Source: the human T2T-CHM13v2.0 reference genome, Homo sapiens. Taken from it: a stretch of DNA of 64,000 bases. Positions 58,214 through 64,000 of this stretch are shown piece after piece. The position numbers and the translations under genes were made by a program. Below the pieces are notes generated by a model. That model searched no databases, was not told the DNA's origin, and saw only the letters and a list, made by a program, of their open reading frames with translations. Each line of letters starts with the position of its first letter. Position 1 is the first letter of the stretch. Where the stretch lies: assembly GCF_009914755.1 (NCBI RefSeq), contig NC_060926.1; one strand, written 5' to 3'.

Positions 58214-59256
58214 TATAATATTTTTCTTTAAAAGAATGTATGGTGCAGTAGAAAAGGCACTAGACCAACAATTTTGAGATCTTGGTTTTAGTTCTAACTC
58301 CTTCACTATCTAGCTGTGCATCTTTCAGCAAGTCTTTGGGCCTCACTTGGCTTCTTTATCTATGACTGTAGCTCTTTAAATTAGATTATTGCTAAGGCCC
58401 CTGAAGTCGTAGCATTCTATGAACTTGAATCATCAGTAAGGAAAATTCTCAAAAATAGTCTCTTCCTGAGAAAGTCTTCTCTTTGCTTTAGTGCAAACCA
58501 TCCTGCTCCATATGAGGAATTAGGGTGGCAATAATGACCTTACAATAAGACAAGAAGTGAGTGCTATGTTCTATAGAGTGCCACAGAGATTAAATAAAAT
58601 GCACTGATTTTTTTTTAATCTGGGAATTTTTCCCAGGAAAAGAGTTGCTCATGACTTTGAAAGTGATATCAAAGTAACAGTACATGTCACATTAAGAAAT
58701 AGTTATTAATAAGGAATTTTACAAGAAAACAGCCACAGTAGGCTTCAATAGGGTGCAGCCTTCTGATGACAGCTCTGAATACAGAGTGCCAAAATGCAGC
58801 CAGACTGAGCGAGGTATGGGCACATTACTAAAAATACAGGAAGAGTACAGTCAGGTGGCAACCTGAATTCACACCCACAGTTTTTCATATAAGAAGCAAA
58901 AGTAACTTACAACTCTTTGCTAAAGGATGAGGCTCTGCTAAGTGTAAAGAATACAGACCCATATGTGTAATGACAGAAGGTGACTATCTAATGGGGGTTG
59001 TGAGGGGGCGGGGGGGGGATTGAAAAATGAAATGAATTCTCTGCATAATTTGGCTTTTCTGCTTTATTAGAAAAACATGTATTAATACTCCCTTGAAAAT
59101 GAGAAGTAAAATTTTTTCAATCATTTTTCCCTCAGGAGTCTTTGTTATGGGCTTTGATATTGGGTTGTTATGGGCCTACCTTATTCTATTATGGCATTTG
59201 GTTCTACAGGGCTATACCATTTTGCAACACTGAGAGTGTGATTTACCAACTGGTCT

Positions 59257-59690
59257 GTATCAGTCATAGTCCTAACAGGAATAGATGGAAAAATGAAATT
59301 AAGATTATTCCAGAAGGGCTTTTAAAGGGACTGTTGAAAAAAGGCTATAGAAAACTAGAAGGGACATTGCAGTCCTCTAGGACAAGTAGCAATGGAGCTG
59401 TCACCACACCTGGCTGGAAGCAACCAAAGGGATGGGCTTCCAATTCCTGGGTTTCCACATCCTGGAATTAGAGAGTCATGATGAGAAGGTCACATTGAGA
59501 GGAGCAGTGATGTTTAGTCAATCCTCAGCCAGCCCAAGAAAAGTCTAGGAAGAGAACTAAAGGAAAATACCTCAACCATCTGATGGCTTGCCTGTGTTCC
59601 CCACTGCCCAACCAGAAGCCAGACAGTAAGATGCCCAATGATGTAGACCAGATAGGAGAATCCAAAAAGCTTCTATGCAGATTTAGAGGT
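59257..59690. mobile_element. Old ERVL-type LTR (LTR33/41-like)
   Basis: TGTATCAGTCATAGTCCTAACAGGAA start. Family uncertain. Confidence 0.45.
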
Positions 59691-60187
59691 AAAAGTACCC
59701 CTACCTTCAAGGTAGAGGTACTCTGAATGCACGTATTGGTCAAAAAAACAAATGGCCAAGAGTAAAAATCAATACCCAGCCAAAGCTAAAAATCATCATC
59801 ATGGAATAAACTTCAGGGATATAAGAACAAATATAAAATTTTATTCACAATTGATTAATTTTCAAATTCAGTGTTAGTCAAATTTTAATAGGGCAAGACA
59901 GACAATTTTTTCAGAACTGTCAGCTGCTAACTTGCTCCTGCTGTCACTGCACCATTTGGGATATTAAATAGACATTAACTTCAACTGGCACTTTTAATAA
60001 TATCACTAATCTTTTTATGTGCAAAAATATATAGTTCAGAAAAATATTTTGAGTATCATGTTTGCTAGAAGAAGCCTTCTACCTAGAATGTACTGTTCAA
60101 TTCTCCAGCTTTGAAAACCAAAAATGGCTAGCAAACTATAAGAATCATTTTAATAACTTTAAAAAAGGTGTAATCTCTGAATGAGAC

Positions 60188-60639
60188 TCCCAGGGCTACC
60201 ATAACAAAGTACCATAAACTAGGTGGCTTCAGTCAACACAAATGTAGTCTCTCCTAGCTCTGGCAGCCAGAAGCCTTACATCAAGGGGGCAAGAGGGCCC
60301 TGCTCTCTCTGATTCTCTCAGGAGGATCCATCCTTGCCTATTCCCAGCTGCTGGTGGCCACTGCCAAGCCTTGGCATTTCTTGGCTTGCAGCTGTGTCAC
60401 TCCAACCCCTGCCCCTGTCATCACATGGCATTCTCCCCTCCATGTCTCTGTGTCTTCACATTGTCTTCTTATAAGGACACCAAGTCATACCATATAAAGA
60501 GCTCACCCTACTGCAGTATGACCTTACCTTCACTTCTTCCAGCTGCCAAGACATGACATCCAAATAAGGTCACATTCTGAGGCACTGAGGGTTAGGACTT
60601 CAAAGTATCTTTTTTGGGGACACAATTCAACCTACAACA
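60188..60639 (-). mobile_element. MLT1C/D-like solo LTR
   Basis: CAGGGCTACCATAACAAAGTACCATAAACTAGGTGGCTT ... GGGGACACAATTCAACCTACAACA. Confidence 0.85.
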
Positions 60640-62465
60640 GTTTCTATAGATTCAAAATAATAGAAAACTGCTTCTGAAATAATTCTGTAATGTAGTTTTG
60701 CAGTATAGTGAGAACAAATGTGTTTAGAATTCTTCATTTTTCTTCTTTTCATCACATTCTTTTTTCTTCTGTATTAGGTCTGGGTCTTAAAGTTAATTTG
60801 TCATGAGTGTTATTCTACTTTATTTAGGAAATTTTCCTTCATATAAACATTTAAATTTATAAGACTGTCACCACTAGTCAAGATAGAATAATAGAGACCA
60901 TATTTATCCTACTGCATGAAAACCTAAAACACCAGACAAAACAAATGAAACATTTTTTTTTGAAGACATTGGACATCAAGGAACAAGGGACAATGATCCT
61001 TGAGAAATTGGAAATGAATAAGGTGAGCCTGCAACCAAGCCCCACAGCTTACAACTTGGGAGAGCTTCCCAGACATGGCACAGGGAATGAGAAGCCAGGC
61101 AGGGCAAACCAAACAGTTGCCTGAGTTGAGGAGAAAGACCTGGGGATTTCCCAGCTGAAACACCATTTCTAATAGTCATATTAACTCTCAACTTAGTTTC
61201 TTGTTTGTGTATTTTAAAGTTCTTAATAATTATTTTTAATCCATAAAACTGATATTCTGACAATCATTGTCAATTGTTAGTGTGCCGTGTTAGTCTTATA
61301 ATATTTGCACATTTTTACTATGATAGAATTTCAGAATGTAAAGAATTTTTTTCTTGCTAAAAGTTATACCTAAGGTACTTAGCTATATTTGAAAGTAAGG
61401 ATCTAAATAGTAACAATAATCTGAACAATATGCCTTTCTTCTAATTCCATTATTGGACTAATTTTATATTAAGAAACTTATTCAAGAACATAATTGACCA
61501 TGCACAAGTTCAGTGATGCCAGAAATGACATCAAAGTCTCACTTATTTTGACTTACAGTGGCTGAAACCAAAACCTAATGGCAAAACTGGGTCAAATACC
61601 AAGATAAAAGCCAAAGTATAGTGTGTCCTGTAAAAAGAGAATGCAAATCAGATTGGCTTTGGACATCAGAATAACTTGATTCTAGAAGTCAATAGAGCCA
61701 CGCTTTCAAAAGTCTGAAGGAAAACTATTTTGAATTTAGAATTCTATGAAATTCAGACTAGTGATTTTGAGGACAAAATACTGATATGTTTATGTATGCA
61801 ATGATGCAGACGATTTATGTCTCATGCCTACTTTCTGAAAACAATGAGGATAGGCTCCAGCAATGCAGAAAGAATCCAAAAAAGGTAAAGACATGAGAGT
61901 CAAAAGACAGTGAAAAACTCAAGAGATCAATAGAAAAATCATTCCAAGATGACAGCTGAGAATCTGACTAAAAAAAAAATATGTCCAAAATTAACCATCA
62001 ATAATGTTTATCTCTTATTAACATCAGTCATGAATAAAATATTAAAGATACATATGGTGACAGAATAAGATGTAAATGTTACAAATTACAACAGGGTAAA
62101 AGTAATGGCATAACTAAGAGAAGTTGGGGGAAGAAAGCAGAGACAGCAGAGGAGAGATGAAGGCAAGTATGGGAGGTTAATTTCTTAAAGATGGTCTAGC
62201 CACCATCATTGCCTACGTGTAAATTTTATTCTCCTTCTTTCCAAATGGATGTTCCCAAGTTGACAGTGAAAAGAAACTCCCCAGGTGAAACAAAGCTTGG
62301 CTGAGGAGCACTGAGCAGCCAGCTGTGGCACAGGAATGCTGGGGGGTTTCAGAGGATGTGACCACCAGAGGAAAGGGAGGGTCACAGGTATGGGATGGGC
62401 AGGCTTTGCTTGTACAGGGACGGCAGAGGAGAAACACAGACACTGCAGTCCTGTTAAAGCTGCCA

Positions 62466-62760
62466 GCAAACTACCGCAAGGAAAAAAACCAAACACCGCA
62501 TGTTCTCACTCATAGGTGGGAAATGAACAATGAGAACACATGGACACAGGAAGGGGAACATCACACACCGGGGCCTGTTGTGGGGTGGAGGGAGGGGGGA
62601 GGGATAGCATTAGGAGATATACCTAATGTTAAATGACGAGTTACTGGATGCAGCACACCAACATGGCACATGTATACATATGTAACTAACATGCACATTG
62701 TGCACATGTACCCTAAAACTTAAAGTATAATAAAAAATAATAATAATTAAAAAACAAAAA
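62466..62760 (+). mobile_element. L1PA (PA3-5-like) 3' fragment inside an old MLT1-like LTR
   Basis: L1PA 3' end and A-rich tail. TSD AAAGCTGCCA at 62456-62465 and 62761-62770, preceded by TT. Confidence 0.92.
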
Positions 62761-62903
62761 AAAGCTGCCACAGCAGCCCTGGGTGCCTGCCTTCAGACTT
62801 TTTGTAATTCAAGCAAGAAATACATTTCTACTTTGTTTGAGCCACTGTTATTTTGTCTTATATATATATGCTATATATATGCAACCAAATCTAATTCCAT
62901 ATG

Positions 62904-63268
62904 TGATATGGTTTGGCTGTGTCCCCACCCAAATCTCATCTTGAACTGTGGCTCCCATAATCCCCATGTGTCATGGGAGGGACCCAGTGGGAGGTAATTG
63001 AATCATGGGGGTGGGTTTTTCCCGTGCTGTTCTAGTGATAGTGAATAAGTCTCATGAGATTTGATGGTTCTATAAAAGGGCAGTTCCCCTGCACATGCTC
63101 TCTTGCCTGCCACCACGTAAGATGTGCCTTTGGTCCTCCTTCACTTTCTGCTGTGATTGTGAGGCCTTCCCAGCCATGGGGAACTGTAAGTCCATCAAAC
63201 TTCTTTTTCTTTATAAATTACCCAGTCTCGGGTATTTCTTTACAGCAGTATGAAAATGGACTAATACA
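62904..63268 (+). mobile_element. THE1 (B/C-like) solo LTR
   Basis: TGATATGGTTTGGCTGTGTCCCCACCCAAATCTCATCTTGAA ... GGACTAATACA, with a TATAAAA box. Confidence 0.92.
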
Positions 63269-63299
63269 GCATAACACACAATAAATTATCCATTGAAAC

Positions 63300-63400
63300 A
63301 TCCCTACAAGGGATAGCAACCCTATGAGGTGCAGAGCATCATTACCTTTACAGATGAGGAAACTGAGACACAGAGAGGTTAAGTTACTTGTCCAAGAAAA
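63300..63400 (-). mobile_element. MIR
   Basis: TTTACAGATGAGGAAACTGAGACACAGAGAGGTTAAGTTACTTGTCCAAG. Confidence 0.8.
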
Positions 63401-64000
63401 CATAGCTTTTAAGAGGGAGAGCCAATGGGGCACGAATAATGGAGGAGAGGAGAAAAGGGTTGGTAAAATGGCTATTAGAATAAGGGCACAGGAACAGGCC
63501 CCTAGAGCAGCAGATTAATCCTCAGATTAATCCCGCTCTGAAAAATGTGCTGTCTTTACATTTTCTTTACATTTCATCCAATGAGAATATTAGTCCTGAA
63601 TTACCCGGTAAGTTCTTTAGAAATATATCGCGCATGTGAAAACAGGATCCTGAACTCTACTGCCTCTAGTTAAAAAAAAAAAAAAAAAAAGGAACACAAA
63701 TAGCAGATTTTAGAGAGCAAAAAAGCAGCAGCTTTAGCATATTCTGAATAATTGGCAGTTCTCTTTAAGATTGAGCAGCACTGTCTCTGTTTTCACTGTC
63801 CTTTCAAAAATGTATTAATTTTCTTGCTTTACTAAGTATAAGGAAGTGAAAATTTTATTTGGCAAATGATAATCTAGAAACTGCTTCAGGCCATTACACC
63901 AAATAAAACAGTCAGCTTGGGAATGAAGAGGTCTGTGTTCTAGGTCCAGCTCAGCCCTGATGAGCCCGAAGCTTTAGACATTACAATTTATATCCGGTTC

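Overview
Primate (human-like) genomic DNA, AT-rich and mostly interspersed repeats. No intact protein-coding gene is supported. The main feature is a full-length processed pseudogene of SEPHS1 (selenophosphate synthetase 1) at 7025-10462 (+). It has a CpG-rich 5' UTR, a disrupted CDS, a long 3' UTR, AATAAA, an A-rich tail and a 15-bp target-site duplication (TSD); an AluY inserted exactly at its stop codon. A near full-length old L1PA/L1PB element (~43160-49935, +) carries three Alus and a truncated MER75 piggyBac MITE. The rest is Alus, L1 fragments, LTRs, an ERVL internal remnant, DNA transposon fossils and MIR/L2/CR1 remnants. The most unusual observation is a ~250-bp patchwork at 36593-36840 copied from two nearby templates and joined at a 5-bp microhomology. 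Candidate minus-strand exons lie at 16.7-18.1 kb. I see no evidence of a new multi-gene system. Repeat subfamily names come from remembered consensus sequences, not a search. Most ORF-track entries are chance or repeat-derived, and many start at GTG/TTG.
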